This document shows, piece by piece, positions 48,136 through 61,612 of a DNA stretch of 64,000 nt; position 1 is the stretch's first letter, and every line of letters begins with the position of its first letter. The notes under the pieces were generated by a model. It saw only the letters and a list, made by a program, of their open reading frames with translations. It was not told the DNA's origin and did no database searches. The translations under genes were made by a program, and so were the position numbers. The DNA is from Nemertoderma westbladi (taxonomy: Eukaryota > Animalia > Xenacoelomorpha), in the NCBI GenBank assembly GCA_032718475.1, contig JAUCBJ010004016.1, forward strand, positions 2,059 through 66,058, read 5' to 3'.

Positions 48136-51100
48136 GATTCCCCGTACTTAGTTCCAATTTTGGCGAACGTAGTTCCAATGGATGCGAACTTAGTTCCAAT
48201 GGATGCGAACTTAGTTCCAATGGATGCGAACTTAGTTCCAATGGATGCGAAATTAGTTCCAATGGATGCGAACTTAGTTCCAATGGATGCAAACTTAGTT
48301 CCAATGGAAGCGAATTTAGTTCCAATGGAAGCGAATTTAGTTCCAATGTATCAGGTTTGGGGCGAGCCATGTAGTTAGCGAAGAATCTGTTTAAAAGGTA
48401 GCACGAACTTAGTTCCAATCGCACATTTTCAAATGCGAACTTATCTAGTTCCAATTGAAACGAATTTAGTTCCAAAATAAATTTTACAAAGCGAACTTAG
48501 ATCCAATCGAGGCGAACTTAGTTCCAATCCCAGAATATCAAAACGAACTTAGTTCCAATGGAAGCGAACTTAGTTCCAATGCATGCGAATTTAGTTCCAA
48601 TGGAAGCGAATTTAGTTCCAATGCATGCGAATTTAGTTCCAATGGAAGCGAATTTAGTTCCAATGCATGCGAATTTAGTTCCAATGGGTACGTACTTAGT
48701 TCCAATGTTTCAATCGTGGGGATAGCCACGTAGTAGGCGAAGCCTATTGCGTATTACCACTATTTGGGGTGGGTCACTGGTCAACAATAAATTGTAAATA
48801 ATTGTAAAACCCTTTTGTCATTATTAAAAAACGAATTATTATTAATGAATTAAATGTATAATTACACATTTTGAAATATATATTCATCACGAGTATACTG
48901 ATACTGACTGACTGAGTCTGTAGTATTATATACTCAAGTCAAGCACATTGTGCCATTTTCATACCAATTACAATATTTACCAGTTGATTCGGTTTAGGTG
49001 GATGGACGTTGTTTGGGTTACGGGGTTGGGCGTAGTTTGAGTTAAGAGCTTGGGCGTTGTTTTTTACAATGAATATCATTTTAAATGATTAAATATAAAT
49101 GAATTGAATTGTTTTGGTTAGGATGTTGGGCGTTTTGGTTTAGTTATTTACAATTATCATTTAACCATCCACCTAATAGTGTCATTAAACAGATTCTTCG
49201 TCAACTACGTGGCTCTCCCCACACCTGAAACATTGGAACTAAATTAGCTTCCATTGGAACTAAATTCGCTTCCATTAGAACTAAATTCGCTTTCGTTTTC
49301 TCTAGTTATTGGAACTAAGTTCGCCTAAATTGGAACTAAATTCAGAAAAATTGGAACTAAATTCGTTTTCATTGGAACTAAATGCGCATGAGGCTTAAAT
49401 TGGAACTAAATTCGCTTCCATTAGAACTAAATTCGCTTTCGTTTTCTCTAGTTATTGGAACTAAGTTCGCCTAAATTGGAACTAAATTCGCTTCCATTAG
49501 AACTAAATTCGCTTCCATTGGAACTAAATTCGCTTCCATTGGAACTAAATTCGCTTCCATTAGAACTAAATTCGCTTTCGTTTTCTCTAGTTATTGGAAC
49601 TAAGTTCGCCTAAATTGGAACTAAATTCGCTTCCATTAGAACTAAATTCGCTTCCATTGGAACTAAATTCGCTTCCATTGGAACTAAATTAGCTTCCATT
49701 GGAACTAAATTCGCTTCCATTAGAACTAAATTCGCTTTCGTTTTCTCTAGTTATTGGAACTAAGTTCGCCTAAATTGGAACTAAATTCAGAAAAATTGGA
49801 ACTAAATTCGCTTCCATTAGAACTAAATTCGCTTCCATTGGAACTAAATTCGCTTCCATTGGAACTAAATTAGCTTCCATTGGAACTAAATTCGCTTCCA
49901 TTAGAACTAAATTCGCTTTCGTTTTCTCTAGTTATTGGAACTAAGTTCGCCTAAATTGGAACTAAATTCAGAAAAATTGGAACTAAATTCGTTTCCATTG
50001 GAACTAAATTAGCTTCCATTGGAACTAAATTCGCTTCCATTAGAACTAAATTCGCTTTCGTTTTCTCTAGTTATTGGAACTAAGTTCGCCTAAATTGGAA
50101 CTAAATTCAGAAAAATTGGAACTAAATTCGTTTTCATTGGAACTAAATGCGCATGAGGCTTAAATTGGAACTAAATTCGCTTCCATTAGAACTAAATTCG
50201 CTTTCGTTTTCTCTAGTTATTGGAACTAAGTTCGCCTAAATTGGAACTAAATTCGCTTCCATTAGAACTAAATTCGCTTCCATTGGAACTAAATTCGCTT
50301 CCATTGGAACTAAATTCGCTTCCATTAGAACTAAATTCGCTTTCGTTTTCTCTAGTTATTGGAACTAAGTTCGCCTAAATTGGAACTAAATTCGCTTCCA
50401 TTAGAACTAAATTCGCTTCCATTGGAACTAAATTCGCTTCCATTGGAACTAAATTCGCTTCCATTGGAACTAAATTCGCATCCATTGGAACTAAATTCGC
50501 CTAAATTGGAACTAAATTCGCTTCCATTAGAACTAAATTCGCTTCCATTGGAACTAAATTCGCTTCCATTAGAACTAAATTCGCTTTCGTTTTCTCTAGT
50601 TATTGGAACTAAATTCGCTTCCATTAGAACTAAATTCGCTTCCATTGGAACTAAATTCGCTTCCATTGGAACTAAATTCGCTTCCATTGGAACTAAATTC
50701 GCATCCATTGGAACTAAATTCGCCTAAATTGGAACTAAATTCGCTTCCATTGGAACTAAATTCGCTTCCATTGGAACTAAATTCGCTTCCATTGGAACTA
50801 AATTCGCTTCCATTAGAACTAAATTCGCTTCCATTAGAACTAAATTCGCTTCCATTGGAACTAAATTCGCTTCCATTGGAACTAAATTCGCTTCCATTGG
50901 AACTAAATTCGCTTCCATTGGAACTAAATTCGCTTCCATTAGAACTAAATTCGCTTTCGTTTTCTCTAGTTATTGGAACTAAATTCGCCTAAATTGGAAC
51001 TATATTCACAAAAATTGGAACTAAATTCGTTTTCATTGGAACTAAATGCGCATGAGGCTTAAATTGGAACTAAATTCGCTTCCATTAGAACTAAATTCGC

Positions 51101-52438
51101 TTTCGTTTTCTCTAGTTATTGGAACTAAGTTCGCCTAAATTGGAACTAAATTCGCTTCCATTAGAACTAAATTCGCTTCCATTGGAACTAAATTCGCTTC
51201 CATTGGAACTAAATTCGCTTCCATTAGAACTAAATTCGCTTTCGTTTTCTCTAGTTATTGGAACTAAGTTCGCCTAAATTGGAACTAAATTCGCTTCCAT
51301 TAGAACTAAATTCGCTTCCATTGGAACTAAATTCGCTTCCATTGGAACTAAATTCGCTTCCATTGGAACTAAATTCGCATCCATTGGAACTAAATTCGCC
51401 TAAATTGGAACTAAATTCGCTTCCATTAGAACTAAATTCGCTTCCATTGGAACTAAATTCGCTTCCATTAGAACTAAATTCGCTTTCGTTTTCTCTAGTT
51501 ATTGGAACTAAATTCGCCTAAATTGGAACTATATTCGCATCCATTGGAACTAAATTCGTATCAATTGGAACTAAATTCGCTTCCATTAGAACTAAATTCG
51601 CTTTCGTTTTCTCTAGTTATTGGAACTAAATTCGCTTCCATTAGAACTAAATTCGCTTCCATTGGAACTAAATTCGCTTCCATTGGAACTAAATTCGCTT
51701 CCATTGGAACTAAATTCGCATCCATTGGAACTAAATTCGCCTAAATTGGAACTAAATTCGCTTCCATTAGAACTAAATTCGCTTCCATTGGAACTAAATT
51801 CGCTTCCATTGGAACTAAATTCGCTTCCATTGGAACTAAATTCGCTTCCATTAGAACTAAATTCGCTTTCGTTTTCTCTAGTTATTGGAACTAAATTCGC
51901 CTAAATTGGAACTACTGTATATTCGCATCCATTGGAACTAAGTTCGCCTAAATTGGAACTAAATTCGCTTCCATTAGAACTAAATTCGCTTCCATTGGAA
52001 CTAAATTCGCTTCCATTAGAACTAAATTCGCTTCCATTGGAACTAAATTCGCTTCCATTAGAACTAAATTCGCTTCCATTGGAACTAAATTCGCTTCCAT
52101 TGGAACTAAATTCGCTTCCATTGGAACTAAATTCGCTTCCATTGGAACTAAATTCGCTTCCATTAGAACTAAATTCGCTTCCATTAGAACTAAATTCGCT
52201 TCCATTGGAACTAAATTCGCTTCCATTGGAACTAAATTCGCTTCCATTGGAACTAAATTCGCTTCCATTGGAACTAAATTCGCTTCCATTAGAACTAAAT
52301 TCGCTTTCGTTTTCTCTAGTTATTGGAACTAAATTCGCCTAAATTGGAACTATATTCACAAAAATTGGAACTAAATTCGTTTTCATTTAACGAACTAAAT
52401 GCGCATGAGGCTTAAATTGGAACTAAGTACGGGGAATC
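48136..52438. mobile_element. Large foldback element with 21-bp arrays (TTGGAACTAAATTCGCTTCCA) in opposite orientation on the two arms
   Basis: Perfect inverted match GATTCCCCGTACTTAGTTCCAATT (from 48136) with AATTGGAACTAAGTACGGGGAATC (to 52438); reverse arrays at 48146-48705, forward arrays at 49233-52428; no TSD found. Confidence 0.75.
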
Positions 52439-52980
52439 GTTTAAAATATTAGGTGGATGGGTAAATAGTAATTGTAAATAACTAACCCAAACAACGCCCA
52501 ACCTCTTTAACCCAAACTACGCCCAACCTTCTAACCTAAACAACGCCCATCCACCTAACCCAAACAACTGCTATTGTATTTGGTGTGAAAATGGCACAAT
52601 GTGCTTGACTTGAGTATATACATACAGTAGTACAGTATTACAGACTCAGTCAGTCAGTATCAGTATACTCGTGATTAATATATATTTCAAAATGTGTAAT
52701 TATACATTTAACTCATTAATAATAATTCGTTTTAAAAAATGACAGAAGGGTTTTACAATTATTGTTGACCAGTGACCCACCCCAAATAGTGGCAATACGC
52801 AATAGGCTTCGCCTACTACGTGGCTATCCCCACGATTGAAACATTGGAACAAAGTTCGTACCCATTGGAACTAAATTCGCTTCCATTGGAACTAAATTCG
52901 CTTCCATTGGAACTAAATTCGCATGCATTGGAACTAAGTTCAAATGCATTGGAACTAAGTTCGTTTTGATATTTTGGGAT
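52439..52980. repeat. Inverted duplicate of ~48520-49190
   Basis: E.g. AATAGGCTTCGCCTACTACGTGGCTATCCCCACGATTGAAACATTGGAAC (from 52801) is the reverse complement of 48699-48748. Confidence 0.9.
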
Positions 52981-55310
52981 TGGAACTAAGTTCGCTTTAT
53001 AAAATTTATTTTTAAACTAAATTCGTTTCAATATTGGAACTAAGTTCGCTTTATAAAATTTATTTTTAAACTAAATTCGTTTCAATATTGGAACTAAGTT
53101 CGCTTTATAAAATTTATTTTTAAACTAAATTCGTTTCAATATTGGAACTAAGTTCGCTTTATAAAATTTATTTTTAAACTAAATTCGTTTCAATATTGGA
53201 ACTAAGTTCGCTTTATAAAATTTATTTTTAAACTAAATTCGTTTCAATATTGGAACTAAGTTCGCTTTATAAAATTTATTTTTAAACTAAATTCGTTTCA
53301 ATATTGGAACTAAGTTCGCTTTATAAAATTTATTTTTAAACTAAATTCGTTTCAATATTGGAACTACTGTAAGTTCGCTTTATAAACTTTATTTTTAAAC
53401 TAAATTCGTTTCAATATTGGAACTAAGTTCGCTTTATAAAATTTATTTTTAAACTAAATTCGTTTCAATATTGGAACTAAGTTCGCTTTATAAAATTTAT
53501 TTTTAAACTAAATTCGTTTCAATATTGGAACTAAGTTTGCTTTATAAAATTTATTTTTAAACTAAATTCGTTTCAATATTGGAACTAAGTTCGCTTTATA
53601 AAATTTATTTTTAAACTAAATTCGTTTCAATATTGGAACTAAGTTCAAATGCATTGGAACTAAGTTCGTTTTGATATTTTGGGATTGGAACTAAGTTCGC
53701 TTTATAAAATTTATTTTTAAACTAAATTCGTTTCAATATTGGAACTAAGTTCGCTTTATAAAATTTATTTTTAAACTAAATTCGTTTCAATATTGGAACT
53801 AAGTTCGCTTTATAAAATTTATTTTTAAACTAAATTCGTTTCAATATTGGAACTAAGTTCGCTTTATAAAATTTATTTTTAAACTAAATTCGTTTCAATA
53901 TTGGAACTAAGTTCGCTTTATAAAATTTATTTTTAAACTAAATTCGTTTCAATATTGGAACTAAGTTCAAATGCATTGGAACTAAGTTCGTTTTGATATT
54001 TTGGGATTGGAACTAAGTTCGCTTTATAAAATTTATTTTTAAACTAAATTCGTTTCAATATTGGAACTAAGTTCGCTTTATAAAATTTATTTTTAAACTA
54101 AATTCGTTTCAATATTGGAACTAAGTTCGCTTTATAAAATTTATTTTTAAACTAAATTCGTTTCAATATTGGAACTAAGTTCGCTTTATAAAATTTATTT
54201 TTAAACTAAATTCGTTTCAATATTGGAACTAAGTTCGCTTTATAAAATTTATTTTTAAACTAAATTCGTTTCAATATTGGAACTAAGTTCGCTTTATAAA
54301 ATTTATTTTTAAACTAAATTCGTTTCAATATTGGAACTAAGTTCGCTTTATAAAATTTATTTTTAAACTAAATTCGTTTCAATATTGAAACTAAGTTCGC
54401 TTTATAAAATTTATTTTTAAACTAAATTCGTTTCAATATTGGAACTAAGTTCGCTTTATAAAATTTATTTTTAAACTAAATTCGTTTCAATATTGGAACT
54501 AAGTTCGCTTTATAAAATTTATTTTTAAACTAAATTCGTTTCAATATTGGAACTAAGTTCGCTTTATAAAATTTATTTTTAAACTAAATTCGTTTCAATA
54601 TTGGAACTAAGTTCGCTTTATAAAATTTATTTTTAAACTAAATTCGTTTCAATATTGGAACTACTGTAAGTTCGCTTTATAAACTTTATTTTTAAACTAA
54701 ATTCGTTTCAATATTGGAACTAAGTTCGCTTTATAAAATTTATTTTTAAACTAAATTCGTTTCAATATTGGAACTAAGTTCGCTTTATAAAATTTATTTT
54801 TAAACTAAATTCGTTTCAATATTGGAACTAAGTTTGCTTTATAAAATTTATTTTTAAACTAAATTCGTTTCAATATTGGAACTAAGTTCGCTTTATAAAA
54901 TTTATTTTTAAACTAAATTCGTTTCAATATTGGAACTAAGTTCAAATGCATTGGAACTAAGTTCAAATGCATTGGAACTAAGTTCGTTTTGATATTTTGG
55001 GATTGGAACTAAGTTCGCTTTATAAAATTTATTTTTAAACTAAATTAGTTTCAATATTGGAACTAAGTTCGCTTTATAAAATTTATTTTTAAACTAAATT
55101 CGTTTCAATATTGGAACTAAGTTCGCTTTATAAAATTTATTTTTAAACTAAATTCGTTTCAATATTGGAACTAAGTTCGCTTTATAAAATTTATTTTTAA
55201 ACTAAATTCGTTTCAATATTGGAACTAAGTTCGCTTTATAAAATTTATTTTTAAACTAAATTCGTTTCAATATTGGAACTAAGTTCAAATGCATTGGAAC
55301 TAAGTTCGTT
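52980..55310. repeat. 54-bp AT-rich satellite, ~43 copies
   Basis: TTGGAACTAAGTTCGCTTTATAAAATTTATTTTTAAACTAAATTCGTTTCAATA. Confidence 0.97.
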
Positions 55311-55319
55311 CGTGCGATT

Positions 55320-55597
55320 GCGCCCAGGTGAAGAATACCAGGATTTCACTTTTCGGTCGACTTTTTAATGGAATTTTATATATGAAGTTTTATATTTTTT
55401 TTAATTTATCTTTATTAAGTGTTTTATAGCGCTTATTTCTGTCTTATAACCTGTACATATACTAATTCGTTTATTGTTTTGGTTAGATTCAGCCCTTCTG
55501 TAACCTGTGGTTTTGGTGAAAACCTGGTATTCTTCACATGGGGGTAACTGCAAAGTGAAATATAACGGCAGAAAGTCTGGTATTCTTCACATGGGCC
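55320..55597. mobile_element. Harbinger-like MITE, uninterrupted copy (partial inverted copy at ~56580-56750)
   Basis: GCCCAGGTGAAGAATACCAG ... CTGGTATTCTTCACATGGGCC. Confidence 0.7.
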
Positions 55598-56774
55598 TGC
55601 AATTATAACTAAGTTTGTGCTACCGTTTCGCTACAGGTAAACTACCCCCCCCCCCCTTCCAATCCCACGTAAAACTTCCCTAGAATAGCCCCTGGAGTGG
55701 ATTTACCCAGAAATTGTCTGGCGCTGGGGGGGGGGGGGGGGGGGGTGACAGACAGTCCTGTCTGCTCGAAATGACACGATTAATTTTTTAAGTTTTCTTC
55801 AGTAGGCCTACAGTTTATTAATAAAACATTACAAAAGTCTCATTGTGACAGATTAATAATAACAATAAGAATTGACCCGTATCCAATACTATTCTCCTTA
55901 TTATTGCATTGCTTTGCTTGCACCATTCCCACCTATGTGGAAGGTTGGATGGACTCCAATAATAGTACCTTCCTTCTAATTGGCTACTTAATATTTCTGA
56001 TGGTGCTCTATCAACCATGCCATCCCCAGCCACTACTGTTACCTTAGCTTACCGAGGCGTCCCTATTGAATAATAAAGAGAAACCGCCACCATATCCGCT
56101 TCATAATTATCTTTTTTGCAGTTAGTTCAAATGAATGGTTTCTTTATTTAGTTATTTTTTTTTTACTTAATATTGTAAACAATAGGAAGTAATAGGAAAC
56201 AACTGGAAGAATGTTGTAGGCCTAATATATTTTACTCGATAACAAAAAGTATTGGAAAGAATCCCTTTAAGCCACAAATCTGCATTGCCCGAAATTTAAT
56301 TACAAAGTTAGAGCTTTGCTTTCCCCGAGGGGACAGGCAGGGGGGGGGGGGGGGGGGGGGTATTGATGTAAATCCCACATCGGCGAATTAAAATCTCACC
56401 TCAATGTTATAATATCATTTAAGATAAATTATCAGGTGACAGTAGCGGTAGGCCCTACGTTATTCTATCCAAAACAATAAACAAAAGTTAATAGAACAGG
56501 TTACAGTTTTATTTTTTTTGGAGTAATCAGCTGTTATTTGCGTCGATTTTCCCCCGGAGAGGGACGGATTTCACTAATAACAGGTTACATGGGCTGAATC
56601 TAACCAAAACAATAAACGAATTAGATCTCCACTGGATAGAAGATAGAAATCAGCGCTATTAAAAAGCTTGATAATGATAATTGAAAAAAAATACAAATTC
56701 TTCATATTTCGACCAAAAATTTTAAAACATGGTATTCTTCGCATGGGCGACAAACTTTGATACTATATACAATA

Positions 56775-58440
56775 TACATACCGCATTCATCCGCATACAC
56801 ATACCGCATTCATACGCATACACATACGGGGCCTACCGTATTCATCCGCATACACATACGGGGCCTACCGCATTCATCCGCATACACATACCGCATTCAT
56901 CCGCATACACATACCGCATTCATCCGCATACACATACCACATTCATCCGCATACACATACGGGGCCTACAGCATTCATCCGCATGCACATACCACATTCA
57001 TCCGCATACACATACCGCATTCATCCGCATACACATATGGGGCCTGCCGCATTCATCCGCATACACATAGCGCATTCATCCGCATACACATACCGCATTC
57101 ATCCGCATACACATACGGGGCCTACTGCATTCATCCGCATACACATACGGGGCCTACCGCATTCATCCGCATACACATACGGGGCCTACCGCATTCATCC
57201 GCATACACATACGGGGCCTACTGCATTCATCCGCATACACATACGGGGCCTACCGCATTCATCCGCATACACATACGGGGCCTACCGCATTCATCCGCAT
57301 ACACATACCACATTCATCCGCATACACATACCGCATTCATCCGCATACACATACCGCCTTCATCCGCATACACATATGGGGCCTACCGCATTCATCCGCA
57401 TACACATACCGCATTCATCCGCATACACATACCGCATTCATCCGCATACACATATGGGGCCTACCGCATTCATCCGCATACACATACCGCATTCATCCGC
57501 ATACACATACCACATTCATCCGCATACACATACCTCATTCATCCTCATACACATATGGGGCCTACTGCGTTCATCCGCATACACATACCGCATTCATCCG
57601 CATACACATACCACATTCATCCTCATACACATACCGCATCATCCGCATACACATACCGCATTCATCCACATACAGATACGGGGCCTACCTCATTCATCCG
57701 CATACACATACCGCATTCATCCGCATACACATACGGGGCCTACTGCATTCATCCGCATGCACATACCACATTCATCCGCATACACATACCGCATTCATCC
57801 GCATACACATATGGGGCCTGCCGCATTCATCCGCATACACATAGCGCATTCATCCGCATACACATACCGCATTCATCCGCATACACATACGGGGCCTACT
57901 GCATTCATCCGCATACACATACGGGGCCTACCGCATTCATCCGCATACACATACGGGGCCTACCGCATTCATCCGCATACACATACGGGGCCTACTGCAT
58001 TCATCCGCATACACATACGGGGCCTACCGCATTCATCCGCATACACATACGGGGCCTACCGCATTCATCCGCATACACATACCACATTCATCCGCATACA
58101 CATACCGCATTCATCCGCATACACATACCGCATTCATCCGCATACACATATGGGGCCTACCGCATTCATCCGCATACACATACCGCATTCATCCGCATAC
58201 ACATACCACATTCATCCGCATACACATACCTCATTCATCCTCATACACATATGGGGCCTACTGCGTTCATCCGCATACACATACCGCATTCATCCGCATA
58301 CACATACCACATTCATCCTCATACACATACCGCATCATCCGCATACACATACCGCATTCATCCACATACAGATACGGGGCCTACCTCATTCATCCGCATA
58401 CACATACCGCATTCATCCGCATACACATACCACATTCATA
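56775..58440. repeat. Satellite of mixed 23-bp and 32-bp units with a higher-order duplication
   Basis: CCGCATTCATCCGCATACACATA with or without CGGGGCCTA; the variant order in ~56960-57710 recurs in ~57730-58430. Confidence 0.95.
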
Positions 58441-58645
58441 CTTTGTCTGTCCGCTAGTCTGTCTATCTGTCGTGTCGATCAATATTAAGGCAAATAACTC
58501 AAGTCAATCTTTGATGAAATGAATCCACACTTCGTGATACAATTGTATGTAGTCTGTCAAATTGAATATACAATTTGGCATTGGGATTCAACAGTTATCC
58601 AGTCTACCGCTAGAGGGCGAAATGGCAGATTTGTAATATACCAAC

Positions 58646-58870
58646 TAGCTGGTGGAGTGGTCACCCGCTTTGCTTCTTGCTGGGAGATAGCGGGTTCGAT
58701 ATGGAGGAAACCTGGCTTCTACTGGGGAAGTAAAGGGTTGGAAAATTACGGAGTACCCTTGGGAGTGCCCCCCTCCCTGCCTTATATGTAACCCAAGAGA
58801 GAGGAGCCTTCGGTATGTCTCCGGTGTTTCGTGTTTCGCACGTTCAACGATCACTTTCCTTTTCACTTCA
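58646..58870 (+). mobile_element. Probable tRNA-derived SINE (second family)
   Basis: TGGTGGAGTGG (A box) and GGGTTCGAT (B box) at tRNA-like spacing; pyrimidine-rich tail. Confidence 0.5.
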
Positions 58871-59174
58871 GCTAAACTTACAAGACGAGAAATTGCACAC
58901 CTTTAGTGGGACTAGGGCCTATTACTGTATGTATTAGTATAATACTATAGTATATATAGTACTATAACCAGAAATCAAGTGATTTTCACCTCATTTGCGT
59001 AGGCCATATCACCAGTGATTTCTACTCTGAAAAATTTAACCTAGAACAACCTTTTCGTGAGAAAAAATAGACAGTGTGTAATGAATAGTAATATAATTAT
59101 TCTATTCAATTACCAGCCGTCAATATAATTGACTAACAATAATTTCATAGTTCAAACACAATGAAATCATTAAA

Positions 59175-59436
59175 ATGTGTAAATTTATTTCAACAATAAT
59201 TTATATAATTTTTATATTGTCGGAGTTTACAACCGCTAAGCTAATGTTAAATACAGAAGACAATCAACCTGGAGGTGGTGCTTCTGAAACTGAAAGTATT
59301 TCAGAAAGTCAGTACGTCTCCTTATTAACTGAACCGTGCGCTGCTGAATGTAGCGAACCTAATCGGTACTGTATTCCTCCCAGCGCGTTGGACTCTAACT
59401 GTAAATGTGTTTGCGATGACGGAACAAGTGGCTGCG
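59175..59436 (+). CDS. Cys-rich LDLa-domain protein, exon 1 (signal peptide plus 6-Cys module)
   Basis: MCKFISTIIYIIFILSEFTTA is signal-like; CAAEC...YC...CKCVC...GC; donor G|GTAAGT, phase 1. Confidence 0.7.
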
Positions 59437-59992
59437 GTAAGTCTATCTCATCGTAGTTAATTAGAAATTCAAATCATAGAGTTAAAATACACAGACGGCA
59501 GGGCAGGCATGGAATATATTATTTGTAGGCCGGCCTAATCCTTTTGTTTATAATTATTGTCCCTGCTACGCTACAGTGGCATATCCATTTTTGGGACATC
59601 CTAGAGTGCTGGAGTGTCCCGGGATATTCTCAAATGGAGAAGTTGGGGATATCATCCTCACGAGATATCCACAAAATAAAGTATTTAGTTGTAAAGTGCC
59701 AACTTTGGCAGCTCTTAACTACCGTACGAGGGTTTGACAGTACCTACAGTACATTATTTTCAATGCTTCAATGTAAATCAGTATTATTGTTCTGAGATCA
59801 TGGGATTTCCCCAAAAGTCCGAAGAGAGGATATCCGTGGGATATTTCAAGACAGTAGGCCTACATTTACTACAGGCAGTGGCTTTCTTTATGTCATAGAC
59901 GGAATAACAGCACCGGTATGCATTCAAAGTGAAAAAAAAAGTATTCACATTCGCATTGCTGATAAATTGTTTCCGGTTTATCTTATTTATAG

Positions 59993-60172
59993 AAGACGAT
60001 TTGCGGATCGAATGCGAGGATGATTCCTTTAGCTGCCGCAACGGGAACTGCGTGAACCCGCATAAATTGTGCGACAGCATTGACGACTGTGGGGACAACA
60101 GCGACGAATTAACTACTCACAGCGCATGTCGCAAGTCACATATATCGGATATCGTCTGCCCCCCCGACTCAG
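59993..60172 (+). CDS. LDLa protein, exon 2 (canonical LDL-receptor class A repeat)
   Basis: TTTATAG| acceptor in phase; [32 protein letters not shown]; donor G|GTAAAA. Confidence 0.88.
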
Positions 60173-60285
60173 GTAAAAACGACACATCGGTATTATAATT
60201 CCTTACGAAATTTCCACAACTTATAACGAACACCACGTCCGTGTTGCATGGAGCTTCAATAACAATGCGCAATAATTGATTTTAG

Positions 60286-60458
60286 ATTACCCCGGATATA
60301 TTTATGATGATTCGTTTGTTTGCGACATGTGGCCCAGCTGTAACGAATCTCTCTACGCCTGCGTTCGACCCGGCGACCGTTTACTAGAACATTATAAATA
60401 CTATCAGCCTCAATTGTTACAACTTTACTGCTCTCCATCAGATAAACACAAATCCCAG
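60286..60458 (+). CDS. LDLa protein, exon 3
   Basis: TTTTAG| phase 1 matches exon 2; open Cys-containing frame; donor CAG|GTAAGA, phase 0. Confidence 0.72.
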
Positions 60459-60877
60459 GTAAGATAAAAGTTACTGTAAGATATAAGTTACTGCTGTACT
60501 GCGGACGTACGACAGTTGTACCGCGCGGTCATAGTGCTGCTGTTATATGTAGTTGCGCATTAATTACTATGAGGCCTAATTACAGCACTTCAGTAGTACC
60601 TATCCTACACGTGCATTTGCATTACGTTATCTTACCGTCTCTTAATATTCCGACAGTCTACCTACTGCATTCACCACCCGTTTGAAAGTTTTAATTGCTT
60701 TTCAAGATTTTAAATTAGTATTTAATTTTAAATTTCAGACCTGCCTGTCACTACTTACTTCGTTCGATTTCTGTATTAATACTTTACTATTAAAGTGCCA
60801 TCCTCAATTCCGTAGGTTCTAAATTTGTATGTATCTTTTTTTTAAATAATTGTATTGCTTTAATATTTTATATACTA

Positions 60878-60915
60878 GCCCTGAAGAAGCCCGTGAGGGT
60901 GAAACGGCTGTCGGC
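60878..60915 (+). ncRNA. Minimal type I hammerhead ribozyme (Penelope-like element type)
   Basis: GCC-CTGAAGA-A-GCCC(GTGA)GGGT-GAAA-CGGCTG-TC|GGC: catalytic core, GNRA-capped stem II, self-complementary stem III, GUC cleavage triplet, GCC/GGC stem I. Confidence 0.7.
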
Positions 60916-61612
60916 AAACTCTATTTATTTTAACTCGTGGTGTTAAGACCCCTTAAGCCCTACGTCCTTTCAGAAACTTAAGTAAGTACTTATAAAATAT
61001 GTGATGATATCCGGTGTGCCATTATATACTTAAATTGTTTCTAAATGTTCCCACTTTTTCTCTGACAACATTTTATTGTAGATTGAAACGGTATAAATGA
61101 GCTAGAGATTGAATTATTTGTTGTTATTGTTTTTTTTTTGTTTATTATTAATTTTCTCCGCCACTTTCCGTCTACATCTTCTGGCAGCCTGTGTAGTTTT
61201 TCCTCATTTATTTAGCATCAATAAATAATAAACTTTACAGTAAACAAACAGCAGCGTATAAAAATACAGTATGTTCTGATATACTGTATTGTTTAATGAT
61301 AGAGAATATATGAAATGGATGGCTGTTTGTTTAGTTTTGGAATGTGTAAGGACGTCGTTGGGGTTTGAACCAGTACTATTCGGAACATTTTCGACTTATT
61401 AGGCCTCACCAGAAGCGCTAACCAGTTAAGCAATTCTTCTCTGATACTTCCTTTGCGAAGTCCACTTCTATCGATCGGGCAGCTTAATTGGGTATCATAT
61501 TTATGCCGTGGTTCGACCCCCTGTGACGTACCTCCACTTTTCTTTCATTTCAGAACAAAATTGCTCAATATTAAATTTACAAGTTGCTTCAACTAATACA
61601 ACAAAAAAACAT

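Noticed and set aside
48110-52342. LELNSLP / MEANLVP heptad ORFs resembling leucine-rich or zipper repeats
   Set aside because: Products of a 21-bp satellite present in both orientations within a foldback element.
56729-58488. His-rich ORFs of about 500-570 aa
   Set aside because: 23/32-bp satellite with frame-cycling peptides; no coding signature.
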